In this document: one piece after another, positions 1 through 8,499 of the stretch
Position numbering within the stretch: position 1 is the stretch's first letter
Layout of the letters: each line of letters begins with the position of its first letter
Origin: Victivallaceae bacterium
Lineage (GTDB): Bacteria > Verrucomicrobiota > Lentisphaeria > Victivallales > Victivallaceae
Direction: 5' to 3'
Assembly (NCBI GenBank): GCA_045532825.1
Contig: JAZSGR010000087.1
Coordinates: 206 to 64,205, forward strand
Length of the DNA stretch: 64,000 nucleotides
Notes under the pieces: model-generated
The model's input: the letters and a program-made list of their open reading frames with translations, nothing else
The model's database searches: none
What the model was told of the DNA's origin: nothing
Position numbers and translations under genes: made by a program

Positions 1-1223
1 TTTTCTCCGTTGACAGTATTAAAACCGTCTTTGAGTTCAGAGAAATTGTATTTCTTCATAGTCTCATCCAGATCGGCATATTCGAAACCGACAGAACGGA
101 TCTCTTCTTCAGTCACTCCGGGACCGGGGCAGTACGTAATGGTGAAACGCCCTTCGCTGGAACCGTGGATCAGGTGGGCGGCGGCACCGAGTCCGGCAGC
201 CAGATCCTCGTTCTCTTTGACCATCTTGAGGGTGTTGGGAGTGCCTTTGTAACCGTATTTACGGATGAGGGTATCATTGCCTTTATCCTCACCGAACATC
301 TTCAATCCGGGAGCAAGGATGATAAGATCACCGTCATCAGCGATAGCCATACGGGTACGGTAGACCGCCTTATTGCCCAGCCAGGTCGATTTGAACTCTT
401 CCGGATCAAGGTAAACGATCACCTTGTCAATGGGCTCATCCAGCAGTTCAAGGTTGGCATCGACGGCGAGATCTGCGGCACGGTTGAAAACCTCGACTCC
501 GGTTCCGGAAACAAATCCGCGCATCGCCATTTTTCCGGTCGCCTGATCTTTGCTCATCACAGTCTGGATAAAGACGATGGGCAGCTCTTTAAGGTAGGTG
601 TCCGCGCCGTAGTTGAAGAGGCGGCGGACCGGTGAGTCGGCATGTCCCATGATGCGTTCAAGTCCGTAGACCGCACCGAGGAAGTGGGACTTGTTGATGA
701 TGTCGCTGCCGCCGACACCGACCATAAGGTTCTTGGTGTAGTTTGCCATACCGACGACTTCGTGGGGAACCACCTGACCGACGGAAAGTATCAGATCATA
801 ACCGGCAAAGAGCTGCTTGTTGACCTGGATATCCACTTCGTAATCAAGTTTGCCTTCAGAAAGTTCCTGAAGCAGACTTGAGGGAGCTTTTCCCAGAGAA
901 ACCACATCATTGCGCCAGTCGTGGACCATGAAGATGTCTTTCGGGATCTTACTGCCGAACATGAGCTCCAGTTCGGCATCGGTCATGGGGGCATGGGTTC
1001 CCAGAGCCGGCATGATATCGATCTTCCACATGGCGGAATAGGTTTCCCAGAGGATCTCGGTAATGCGTCCTGCCATGGAGTTGAGACGGGTGTGGTCCGG
1101 TGGCAGGATCAGCATTCTGCCGGAGGTCTTTCCGGTATTTTCAACGGTGGCAATGACCATCTGCTGAAGTTCTGCATCATCGATGATGATATCGACTCCG
1201 CACTTTTCTGCATAAATACTCAT
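1..1223 (-). CDS. LarA-like / DUF2088 (lactate-racemase-fold) protein, C-terminal end cut by window edge
   Basis: Absent from the supplied track because it has no stop inside the window. Manual minus-strand translation from the ATG at 1223-1221 reads MSIYAEKCGVDIIIDDAELQQMVIATVENTGKTSGRMLILPPDHTRLNSMAGRITE...GQVVPHEVVGMANYTKNLMVGVGGSDIINKSHFLGAVYGLERIMGHADSPV... I checked codon by codon down to about position 600 with no stop, and read it by eye to position 1. The plus-strand ORFs listed here (165-635, 642-881, 921-1244) sit in three different frames, as expected for shadows. The family call rests on remembered LarA/DUF2088 patterns only. Confidence 0.6.
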   Translation of the reverse strand, partial: MSIYAEKCGVDIIIDDAELQQMVIATVENTGKTSGRMLILPPDHTRLNSMAGRITEILWETYSAMWKIDIMPALGTHAPMTDAELELMFGSKIPKDIFMVHDWRNDVVSLGKAPSSLLQELSEGKLDYEVDIQVNKQLFAGYDLILSVGQVVPHEVVGMANYTKNLMVGVGGSDIINKSHFLGAVYGLERIMGHADSPVRRLFNYGADTYLKELPIVFIQTVMSKDQATGKMAMRGFVSGTGVEVFNRAADLAVDANLELLDEPIDKVIVYLDPEEFKSTWLGNKAVYRTRMAIADDGDLIILAPGLKMFGEDKGNDTLIRKYGYKGTPNTLKMVKENEDLAAGLGAAAHLIHGSSEGRFTITYCPGPGVTEEEIRSVGFEYADLDETMKKYNFSELKDGFNTVNGE

Positions 1224-1242
1224 AGTTTTTTTTCCTTGAGAT

Positions 1243-1278
1243 AAAAAGGCACAATGCCGGATGACATTGTGCCTTTTT
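1243..1278 (-). terminator. Rho-independent terminator downstream of gnd
   Basis: Stem GGCACAATG (1248-1256) pairs with CATTGTGCC (1265-1273) around an 8-nt loop. It is flanked by AAAAA on the left and TTTTT on the right, so a U-tract follows the hairpin on either strand. It lies 13 nt below the gnd stop. Confidence 0.75.
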
Positions 1279-1290
1279 GCTTTATAACGA

Positions 1291-2745
1291 TCAGGCAGTG
1301 TAAGTACCGGCAACGGTCTTACCGCTGTTTTCAGTCCACTCGGTGTGGAAGAACTTGCCGCGTTCGGCATCCACGCGTTCGTAGGTGTGGGCGCCGAAGT
1401 AGTCGCGCTGTGCCTGAAGCAGGTTGGCGGGAACGACCGCGCTGCGGTATCCGTCATAGTAGCTCAGAGCACTGCTGAAGGCAGGAACCGGAATTCCGGC
1501 GAGAACAGCCTGGGCGATGACTTCGCGCCATGCGCTTTCGCATTCGGCGATAGCGGATTTGAAGAAGTCATCCAGCAGCAGGTTGGCAAGCTGCGGATCT
1601 TTGTCGAAAGCAGCCTTGATCTTATCCAGGAAGCGGGCACGGATGATGCATCCGCCGCGCCACAGCAGAGCGATCTCGCCGAAATGCAGATCCCAGTTGT
1701 ACTCTTTGGCAGCCTGCTTCATCAGCTGGAAGCCCTGGGCATAGGAGCAGATCTTGGAGGCATAGAGAGCCTTGCGGACCTTCTCAATGAATTCAGCTTT
1801 GTCACCGTTGAACCGGGCACGGAGTCCGCCGATGACCTTGGAGGCGGCTACGCGCTCTTCCTTGATCGCGGAGAGACAGCGGGCAAACACAGCTTCGGCA
1901 ACGGTCGGAGCGGCAACGCCCAGATCCAGTGCGCTCTGGCTGGTCCATTTGCCGGTACCCTTCTGACCGGCAGCGTCAAGGATGATGTCAACAACCGGCT
2001 TGCCGGTTTCGGGATCATTCTTGGTGAAGATCGCGCTGGTGATCTCGATGAGATAGCTGTCCAGATCGCCCTTGTTCCAGTTGTCGAAGACTTCATGCAG
2101 TTCAGCAGCGGAAAGTCCGAGCAGCTGCTTCATGATGAAATAGGCTTCGCAGATCATCTGCATATCGCCGTATTCGATACCATTGTGGACCATTTTGACA
2201 TAGTGACCGGCACCGTCATTGCCGACCCACTCGCAGCAGGGCAGTCCGCCGCAGACCTTGGCAGCGATAGCCTGGAAAATGGGTTTGACGTAGGGCCATG
2301 CATCCGGAGAACCTCCGGGCATGATGGCGGGACCGAGAAGAGCCCCCTCTTCACCGCCGGAAACACCGGCTCCGATGAAGTTGATGCCTTTTTCCGCCAG
2401 AGCCCTGGTGCGGCGGATGGTATCGGGGAAGAAGCTGTTTCCGCCGTCGATGAGGATATCGCCTTTGTCCAGGTAGGGAACCAGCTGATCGATGAGAGCA
2501 TCGACAGCGGCACCGGCTTTGACCATCATCATGATGCGGCGGGGGGATTCCAGATTGTCGCAGAGTTCCTGGATGGAGTGGCATCCGATGAACTTCTTGC
2601 CTGCACCGCGGCCGTTGACAAAGTTGTCAACTTTTTCCACGGTACGGTTGTAAACGGCACAGGTAAAACCGTTTCTTTCCATGTTGAGAACGAGGTTCTC
2701 GCCCATAACTGCGAGACCGATAAGACCGATATCAGCTTTAGCCAT
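1291..2745 (-). CDS. gnd: 6-phosphogluconate dehydrogenase, decarboxylating
   Basis: 484 aa. The N-terminal Rossmann fold [35 protein letters not shown] and the full-length pattern ([40 protein letters not shown]) are classic Gnd. Confidence 0.96.
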   Translation of the reverse strand: MAKADIGLIGLAVMGENLVLNMERNGFTCAVYNRTVEKVDNFVNGRGAGKKFIGCHSIQELCDNLESPRRIMMMVKAGAAVDALIDQLVPYLDKGDILIDGGNSFFPDTIRRTRALAEKGINFIGAGVSGGEEGALLGPAIMPGGSPDAWPYVKPIFQAIAAKVCGGLPCCEWVGNDGAGHYVKMVHNGIEYGDMQMICEAYFIMKQLLGLSAAELHEVFDNWNKGDLDSYLIEITSAIFTKNDPETGKPVVDIILDAAGQKGTGKWTSQSALDLGVAAPTVAEAVFARCLSAIKEERVAASKVIGGLRARFNGDKAEFIEKVRKALYASKICSYAQGFQLMKQAAKEYNWDLHFGEIALLWRGGCIIRARFLDKIKAAFDKDPQLANLLLDDFFKSAIAECESAWREVIAQAVLAGIPVPAFSSALSYYDGYRSAVVPANLLQAQRDYFGAHTYERVDAERGKFFHTEWTENSGKTVAGTYTA

Positions 2746-2800
2746 GATATATGTTCCTTGAGTTTAAATATTTATGATAAATTCCACATTGGATCGCAGA

Positions 2801-3646
2801 CTATACTCCGCTGAAGGAGCTGAAACCGCCGTCGATGGGCAGGACCACACCGTTGATGAAACCGGCAGCTTCATCATCCAGCAGGAAGAGCATGGCACCG
2901 ACGAGATCTTCGGGCTTGCCGAATTTGCCCATGGGAGTGTGGCTCAGAATGGTGTTGCCGCGGGCGGTCAGGCTGCCGTCGGCATTGGTGAGCAGAGCGC
3001 GGTTCTGGTCGGTGAGGAAAAATCCGGGAGCGATAGCGTTGACACGGACACCGACTTTGGAAAAGTGAACAGCCAGCCACTGGGTGAAGTTGCTGATCGC
3101 AGCCTTGGCACCGCTGTATGCCGGGATCTTGGTGAGCGGAGTGAACGCGTTCATGCTGGAGATATTGATGACCGCACCGGTTCCGCGTTCAGCCATGCCG
3201 CGGGCGAAAACCTGGGTAGGCAGCAGAGTTCCGAGGAAGTTCAGATTGAAGACGAAACCGACACCTGCGGGATCAAGATCGAAGAAAGTGGTGACACCTT
3301 CGACCTGTTTGGCAAGATCTTCGGGGAAAAGATACTCTTTGCTGGTGGTGCCTTTGGGATTGTTGCCGCCTGCACCGTTGATAAGGATATCGCAGGAACC
3401 GAGTTCCGCTTCGATCTTCGCCTGGGCTGCCTTGAGGCTCTCAAGCTCCAGCACGTTGGCGGAGATACCGATGGCTTTTCCGCCTGCGGCATTGATTTTA
3501 TCTGCGACTTTTATGGCGTTCTCTTCGCGGAGATCGAGGATGGCGACTTTGGCACCGCTCTGTGCAAGTGCTTCAGCCATGACACTGCAAAGGATTCCGC
3601 CGCCGCCGGTCACGACGGCTACTTTTCCGGTAAGATCGACTTTCAT
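2801..3646 (-). CDS. Short-chain dehydrogenase/reductase, UxuB/YjmF-like (D-mannonate/fructuronate oxidoreductase-type)
   Basis: 281 aa. Has the TGGGGILC glycine-rich NAD(P) motif and YSGAKAA, the SDR YxxxK catalytic motif. The NGAGGNNPKGTT insertion is remembered from the UxuB-type SDR subgroup. Substrate is inferred, not shown. Confidence 0.7.
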   Translation of the reverse strand: MKVDLTGKVAVVTGGGGILCSVMAEALAQSGAKVAILDLREENAIKVADKINAAGGKAIGISANVLELESLKAAQAKIEAELGSCDILINGAGGNNPKGTTSKEYLFPEDLAKQVEGVTTFFDLDPAGVGFVFNLNFLGTLLPTQVFARGMAERGTGAVINISSMNAFTPLTKIPAYSGAKAAISNFTQWLAVHFSKVGVRVNAIAPGFFLTDQNRALLTNADGSLTARGNTILSHTPMGKFGKPEDLVGAMLFLLDDEAAGFINGVVLPIDGGFSSFSGV

Positions 3647-3887
3647 AATGACTTCCCTGTTTTATTTTGTTACTGCGGCACGGAACGGAAACTTTTTCCG
3701 CCTCAAATACCGCATAAATATACCTTTGAATAAGGTACACCACTTTCACCTTATTGTCAAGCAGTTTTTCGTTAAATTTATTGATGTATCCGGTCATTTT
3801 GCCATGTTTCCGGGGTCCCGTATTTTTACATCAAACCGGATGAGGCAGAAAAATCCTGTCCTGCACGCACATTGAGAACACCTCCGC

Positions 3888-3916
3888 TTGAAAAACACGC
3901 GTTCATGGTGTATATT
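3888..3916 (+). promoter_or_regulatory. Sigma70-like promoter candidate for efp
   Basis: TTGAAA (3888-3893), a 17-nt spacer, then TATATT (3911-3916). It sits about 50 nt upstream of the efp ATG. A GGAG ribosome-binding site lies at about 3954-3957. Confidence 0.4.
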
Positions 3917-3966
3917 ACATGATGATGCTTTTTACTCATCTAAAAAAATAACTGGAGAAAAAAACA

Positions 3967-4533
3967 ATGTACAGTGCTTCCGATCTTAAAAAAGGTCTCA
4001 AGATCGAGATCGACGGTGCCCCCTGGCAGATCACCGAATTTGAATTCTGCAAACCCGGCAAGGGAACCGCTCTCTACCGCTGCCGTATGAAGAACATGAT
4101 CACCGGTATCGGTATGGAAAAAACCTACCGACCCACCGACAAGATCGATGAACCCAACATCGAAGAACGCGAAATGTACTACTCCTACTTCGACGGTCAG
4201 AACTACGTTTTCAGCGATCCGACCACCTACGAAGAGATGTCCGTTGACGCTTCCGTGCTGGGCGACAAGGCTTACTTCCTGATCGAAGACAGCCTCTGCA
4301 ACTTCGTCATCTACAACGATGAGCCGATCGAGATCACTCTGCCGACCTTCATCGAAAAAGAGATCGTTGAAACTGAACCGGGCGTACGCGGCGATACCGC
4401 CACCAACGTGACCAAACCGGCAAAGATCGACAATGGTTTCGAGATCCAGGTCCCGCTGTTCATCAATCAGGGCGACGTGGTCAAGATCGACACCCGTACC
4501 GGAGCTTATGCCGAGCGTGTCAGCAAAGCGTAA
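3967..4533 (+). CDS. efp: Translation elongation factor P
   Basis: 188 aa, MYSASDLKKGLKIEIDGAPWQITEFEFCKPGKGTALYRCRMKN. The KPGKG loop carrying the modifiable lysine is present. Confidence 0.95.
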   Translation: MYSASDLKKGLKIEIDGAPWQITEFEFCKPGKGTALYRCRMKNMITGIGMEKTYRPTDKIDEPNIEEREMYYSYFDGQNYVFSDPTTYEEMSVDASVLGDKAYFLIEDSLCNFVIYNDEPIEITLPTFIEKEIVETEPGVRGDTATNVTKPAKIDNGFEIQVPLFINQGDVVKIDTRTGAYAERVSKA

Positions 4534-4548
4534 AAAAGAGTTTTCAAA

Positions 4549-5445
4549 TTGAGTACTCAAACGCTTTTGAGGAATCTCCGCACCAGATCCGCTATCCTGC
4601 GGGCGGTGCGGGATTTTTTTTATGCCGGGGAGTTTCTGGAAATCGAAACTCCGGTGAAGATACCTGCGCCCGCGCCTGAAGAATACATCGAATCGGTCAC
4701 TGCCGGAAACGGTGAATTTCTGCGTACCAGTCCGGAACTTGCCATGAAAGAGCTGCTTTCGCTCGGCGTGGAAAAAATGTTCCAGATCGGCAGTGCGTTC
4801 AGAGCCGGTGAGTTCGGACGCAAACACCGGGAGGAATTCACCATTCTTGAATACTATGCCGCCGGATGGGATTACAAACAGCTGGCGGATTTCACCGCAA
4901 AGATGCTTGCCCATGCCGCACAGACTGTCCTCGGCAGAACGGATTTCTGTTTTGACGGCAGACACTTTGACATGAAAAATGTCGGATACATCACCGTCGA
5001 TGAGGCTTTCAGAAAATATGCCGGTGTTTCGGCTTTTGATGCGGATAAAGATGACTCTTTTGACGAACTTATGGTTCTCAAGGTCGAACCGCAGCTCGGC
5101 AAAGACGGAATAACGTTCCTCTGTGATTATCCGGCAAAGCGGGCATCATTATCCCGTCTTTCGGCGGCAGATCCGCAAGTGGCGGAACGCTGGGAGGTGT
5201 ACATAGGCGGAATAGAGCTCGGCAATGCCTTCGGCGAACTGACCGATGCCGTTGAGCAGCGCAAACGCTTTGAAGAAGCTCTTTTATTCCGGGCATCACA
5301 GGGAATGTTGAAATATCCTGAACCGTTGGAATTTTACGCCGCCCTCGACCGGGGACTGCCCGATTCAAGCGGATGCGCCATTGGTTTTGACCGGTTGACC
5401 ATGCTGCTCACCGGCAGTACCGATATTGCGGACGTGCGCTTCTGA
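4549..5445 (+). CDS. epmA: EF-P (R)-beta-lysine ligase (PoxA/GenX, truncated class II LysRS paralogue)
   Basis: 298 aa with a TTG start. The class II aaRS core pattern is present (FLEIETP, TSPELAMKELL, FRAGEFGRKHREEFTILEYY, GIELGNAFGEL, GCAIGFDRL). It has no anticodon-binding domain and lies directly downstream of efp. Confidence 0.85.
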   Translation: MSTQTLLRNLRTRSAILRAVRDFFYAGEFLEIETPVKIPAPAPEEYIESVTAGNGEFLRTSPELAMKELLSLGVEKMFQIGSAFRAGEFGRKHREEFTILEYYAAGWDYKQLADFTAKMLAHAAQTVLGRTDFCFDGRHFDMKNVGYITVDEAFRKYAGVSAFDADKDDSFDELMVLKVEPQLGKDGITFLCDYPAKRASLSRLSAADPQVAERWEVYIGGIELGNAFGELTDAVEQRKRFEEALLFRASQGMLKYPEPLEFYAALDRGLPDSSGCAIGFDRLTMLLTGSTDIADVRF

Positions 5446-5479
5446 AACACGACGCAACAGGAATTTTGATATAAAAAAA

Positions 5480-5516
5480 CGCAGCGGTATTGCAACTGCG
5501 GTCTGATTCTTTTTTT
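5480..5516 (+). terminator. Terminator candidate after epmA
   Basis: CGCAG (5480-5484) pairs with CTGCG (5496-5500), followed by a GTCTGATTCTTTTTTT tract. The stem is short, so this is only a moderate call. Confidence 0.45.
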
Positions 5517-5518
5517 CA

Positions 5519-5553
5519 GGTCAGATAAAAGTTGATTTCAGAACACCGATACC
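5519..5553. repeat. Intergenic copy of the last ~11 codons of the FAH-family gene
   Basis: GGTCAGATAAAAGTTGATTTCAGAACACCGATACC matches 5714-5748 at 34 of 35 positions, 195 nt away. In both copies the segment directly follows a hairpin plus T-tract. Confidence 0.85.
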
Positions 5554-5666
5554 CCGGCACAGGCGCAAGGCTCGAGATTGCCCGCGATGCGCCACCGCAG
5601 TTTGAACAACTTTCACAAAAAATGGGACAATAACGAAAATTTTGTTCTGCAAATATATAAACACAA

Positions 5667-5710
5667 ACGGACCGCAGAAGTCTTGCTGTTGCGGTCCGTT
5701 GATTTTTTTT
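5667..5710. terminator. Strong hairpin terminator between epmA and the FAH gene (bidirectional candidate)
   Basis: A 10-bp stem, ACGGACCGCA (5667-5676) with TGCGGTCCGT (5690-5699), followed by TGATTTTTTTT. On the minus strand it lies 5 nt past the FAH-gene stop and is followed by a U-rich stretch. Confidence 0.7.
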
Positions 5711-5713
5711 ACC

Positions 5714-5748
5714 GGTCAGACAAAAGTTGATTTCAGAACACCGATACC
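5714..5748. repeat. Genic copy of the 35-nt repeat (3' end of the FAH-family CDS)
   Basis: Partner of 5519-5553. It covers the stop codon and the codons for GIGVLKSTFV. Confidence 0.85.
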
Positions 5749-6495
5749 GGAAATCTCCACCTCGAACTCCTCTCCGGCTTCAAGCCAGCATGGAGACTCT
5801 TTCTGTCCGTTGATGACTCCGGAAGGGGTCCCGGTCAATATGACAGTTCCGGGCAGCAGAGTCATGGTGCGCGAAAGATAACTTATCAGATAAGGCACTG
5901 AAAAGATCATAAGCGAAGTACGGGAGTGCTGAACGACTTTCCCGTTGCGCCTGCCGGTGATCTCAAGATCAGACGGATCAAGCCCGGTTTCGATCCACGG
6001 ACCAAGCGGACAGAAATTGTCGAAAGACTTTCCCCTCGCCCACTGACCGTCGGCATACTGGCAGTCTCTGGCACTTATATCGTTGGCGCAGGTGAAGCCG
6101 AAAACATACTCAAGAGCTTTTTCCTCCGGAACACTTTTTGCCGTTTTACCGATTATCACCGCAAGTTCCGACTCATAATCGACCTTCTGCGTGTATTCCG
6201 GCAGGATCGCAACTTTCGATTCCTGACCGCACACGCTGGAATTTGCCTTGATGAACAGCATCGGAGCTTTGGGAAGATCGTTGCCGCATTCTTCCGCATG
6301 AGCTTTGTAATTTCTGCCGATGCAGAGAACCGTCTCCGGCTTGACCGGAGCAAGCAGCTTCACCGCATCAAGCGGAAGTTTTTCCCCGGTATACTGCCAA
6401 TCGGTAAAAATATCACCGGTAACAAAACAGACGCAGTTGTTTTCCACAACTGCGTACTGTTCTTTTCCGTTATGATCTACTCTTGCAAATCTCAT
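5716..6495 (-). CDS. Fumarylacetoacetate hydrolase (FAH) family protein
   Basis: 259 aa. The typical FAH-fold pattern is present (CIGRNYKAHAEE, YESELAVIIGK, NDISARD, KSFDNFCPLGPW, PGTVILTGTPSGV). Confidence 0.85.
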   Translation of the reverse strand: MRFARVDHNGKEQYAVVENNCVCFVTGDIFTDWQYTGEKLPLDAVKLLAPVKPETVLCIGRNYKAHAEECGNDLPKAPMLFIKANSSVCGQESKVAILPEYTQKVDYESELAVIIGKTAKSVPEEKALEYVFGFTCANDISARDCQYADGQWARGKSFDNFCPLGPWIETGLDPSDLEITGRRNGKVVQHSRTSLMIFSVPYLISYLSRTMTLLPGTVILTGTPSGVINGQKESPCWLEAGEEFEVEISGIGVLKSTFV

Positions 6496-6496
6496 T

Positions 6497-8380
6497 TTAA
6501 TTCATCATGATCTGACCGCCGGTGACGGGGATCGCCTGTCCGGTTTCGTACTTCTGATTGACCGCATAAACGATGGCACGCGCCACGTCAGCGGGGAAAC
6601 AGCCGCGGTTCATCGGGACCTGCTTCTCATAGTGGGCACGGACATCGTCAACCGTTTTGGCACCGGGGACCTTGCCGGCTTCAAGGTACTGCACGAACAA
6701 TCCGCGCACCGGATCGCTCCACAGCGGACCATCCAGATAGTTGCCGGGGCAGACCGCATTGACCTTGATCATATCTCTGGTAAGTTCCAGCGCAAAGCTC
6801 TGCACCAGACCGATCGTACCGAACTTGCTGCCGGCGTATGCTCCATTGTTTTTGGAACCGGCAAGACCGCTCTTGGAGTTGACCTGAACGATGTCGCTCC
6901 ACAGACCGGTGGCGGCATTCTGGCGGGACATCACACGGGCAAAGTGTTTGGTACAGAGGAAAAAGCCGTTGTAATTGATGTTGGTTACGAACTGCCAATC
7001 CTTGAGATCGAACTCCTTGACGGAACCGGCACGCACGACACCGGCATTGGCGACCAGCAGATCGACTCCGCCGTATGCTTTTACGATATCTTTCACCAGA
7101 GCTTCGACAGCGGCTTCATCGGAGATGTTGACCGCAAATCCGCTTGCACCTGCTCCGAGTTCAGAGGCAGCCTTTTTCGCACCCTCGACATTCATATCGG
7201 CGATAACGATATCAGCACCCAGAGCAGCCAGTTCCTGTGCGATGCCGTAACCGAAGCCCTGGGCTCCGCCGGTAACGACGGCGACCAGTCCGGTCAGCGC
7301 AGAGTTTGAACCGGAAGCCACCTTGGCGCGGTAGGATTCGACTTCCCAGTTTTCAATAAATCCGCGCTGGGCATCATTGAGATAGTGGACCCCGCCGAAA
7401 GCTCCGGCGATCTGCTCGATCTGTGCGCCGTTGCGGGCGAGAGCCAGCACGGTATCGGCCGACGTCTTTTTGGCTCCGGCACAGAACACCGCCTTACCGG
7501 GAACTTCGACCATGCGCGGCAGATAACCGCGTTCAGCTTTGAAAGCATCGACATCTGCCTTGCAGGGAGCGTCAGAAACCACTCCGAATGCCTTGGCGTA
7601 GACCAGATGATCCGGAGTAAGCGGTCCGCGCGGAATGGTGAAGTGACCGCTGGAAACCACCGTGGCGACCTTGCCGCTTTCAGCCATATATCCGCGCAGT
7701 ACCGGAGCATATTCCATAACGCTATCGGTATCAATGGCTTTTTCAGCAAGCTCAACGGCAACACCCGCCTTTTCACAGTGTGCGGCAAGGGTGGTCATGA
7801 TATTGTCATAGATCGCTCTGATCTCTTCTGCGGTATCGGCAGCGACAAATACACCGTGGTTCTGCAGGAAGATCACTTTGGCATCTTTGCCGAAGGATTT
7901 TCTATATTCTCCGCAGCTGACCGCAACCTGCTGTGCGAGGTAGAAACCGGGATCGCAGTAATCGACCCAGAGAGCTTCGGGAAAGAGCTTTGCGCACCAC
8001 TCTTTACCATCGTTGGCGCAGGTCATTCCGTTGACCAGAGCCGGATGGAGATGGACGACAAAAGTAAAGGGCATAAGTTCGTGCAGCGGAGCTTCGACCG
8101 AAGGACGTCCGCCGTCATTGACCACGGCAAAAGCCATCATGCGTTTGGCAAATGCTTCACGCTCTTTAACATCGCTGAATTCCTTTGCAAAGCAGTCGCG
8201 GATGACGGCGCGATCCATTTTGACGAAATCTTTTTCAGTGATAGCGGCAAGGGTGACACCGCTGGGCTTGACATAGAGAAATTTTTCATCCTTGCAGGAG
8301 GTGTTGCCGCCGCCGGCAAGAACATAGGCGGGATCGGAACCGTAAAAACGGGAAAGTTCTGTGATTTTTTCCAGAGACAT
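6497..8380 (-). CDS. Bifunctional class II aldolase (rhamnulose-1-phosphate aldolase-like) / short-chain dehydrogenase
   Basis: 627 aa. The N-terminal region is aldolase/adducin-like (YVLAGGGNTSCKDEKFLYVKPSG). The C-terminal region is an SDR (VAVVTGGAQGFGYGIAQEL, YAGSKFG). Its stop lies 1 nt from the FAH-gene start, suggesting an operon. Confidence 0.8.
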   Translation of the reverse strand: MSLEKITELSRFYGSDPAYVLAGGGNTSCKDEKFLYVKPSGVTLAAITEKDFVKMDRAVIRDCFAKEFSDVKEREAFAKRMMAFAVVNDGGRPSVEAPLHELMPFTFVVHLHPALVNGMTCANDGKEWCAKLFPEALWVDYCDPGFYLAQQVAVSCGEYRKSFGKDAKVIFLQNHGVFVAADTAEEIRAIYDNIMTTLAAHCEKAGVAVELAEKAIDTDSVMEYAPVLRGYMAESGKVATVVSSGHFTIPRGPLTPDHLVYAKAFGVVSDAPCKADVDAFKAERGYLPRMVEVPGKAVFCAGAKKTSADTVLALARNGAQIEQIAGAFGGVHYLNDAQRGFIENWEVESYRAKVASGSNSALTGLVAVVTGGAQGFGYGIAQELAALGADIVIADMNVEGAKKAASELGAGASGFAVNISDEAAVEALVKDIVKAYGGVDLLVANAGVVRAGSVKEFDLKDWQFVTNINYNGFFLCTKHFARVMSRQNAATGLWSDIVQVNSKSGLAGSKNNGAYAGSKFGTIGLVQSFALELTRDMIKVNAVCPGNYLDGPLWSDPVRGLFVQYLEAGKVPGAKTVDDVRAHYEKQVPMNRGCFPADVARAIVYAVNQKYETGQAIPVTGGQIMMN

Positions 8381-8499
8381 GATAATTATCCTCTATATAA
8401 AAAAATTTTCCGATGATAAAAAGTTATATCTAAAAGATACACCTTGAAACACTATAAATCAAGTACCGTATCATCCATAATTCCGGCAAATATCAGGTT

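Noticed and set aside
1345-2814. 489-aa plus-strand ORF covering the whole gnd locus
   Set aside because: It is antisense to an unmistakable gnd gene. Its translation is low-complexity and rich in G/A/D/S with no motif, which marks it as a shadow ORF. The same reasoning rejects 3940-4965(-), 11592-13664(+), 14143-15354(+), 27486-28220(-), 31081-32808(-), 35649-36542(-), 37766-38845(-), 47231-47890(-), 48010-48810(-), 56005-56877(-), 58934-59743(-) and 62767-63699(-).
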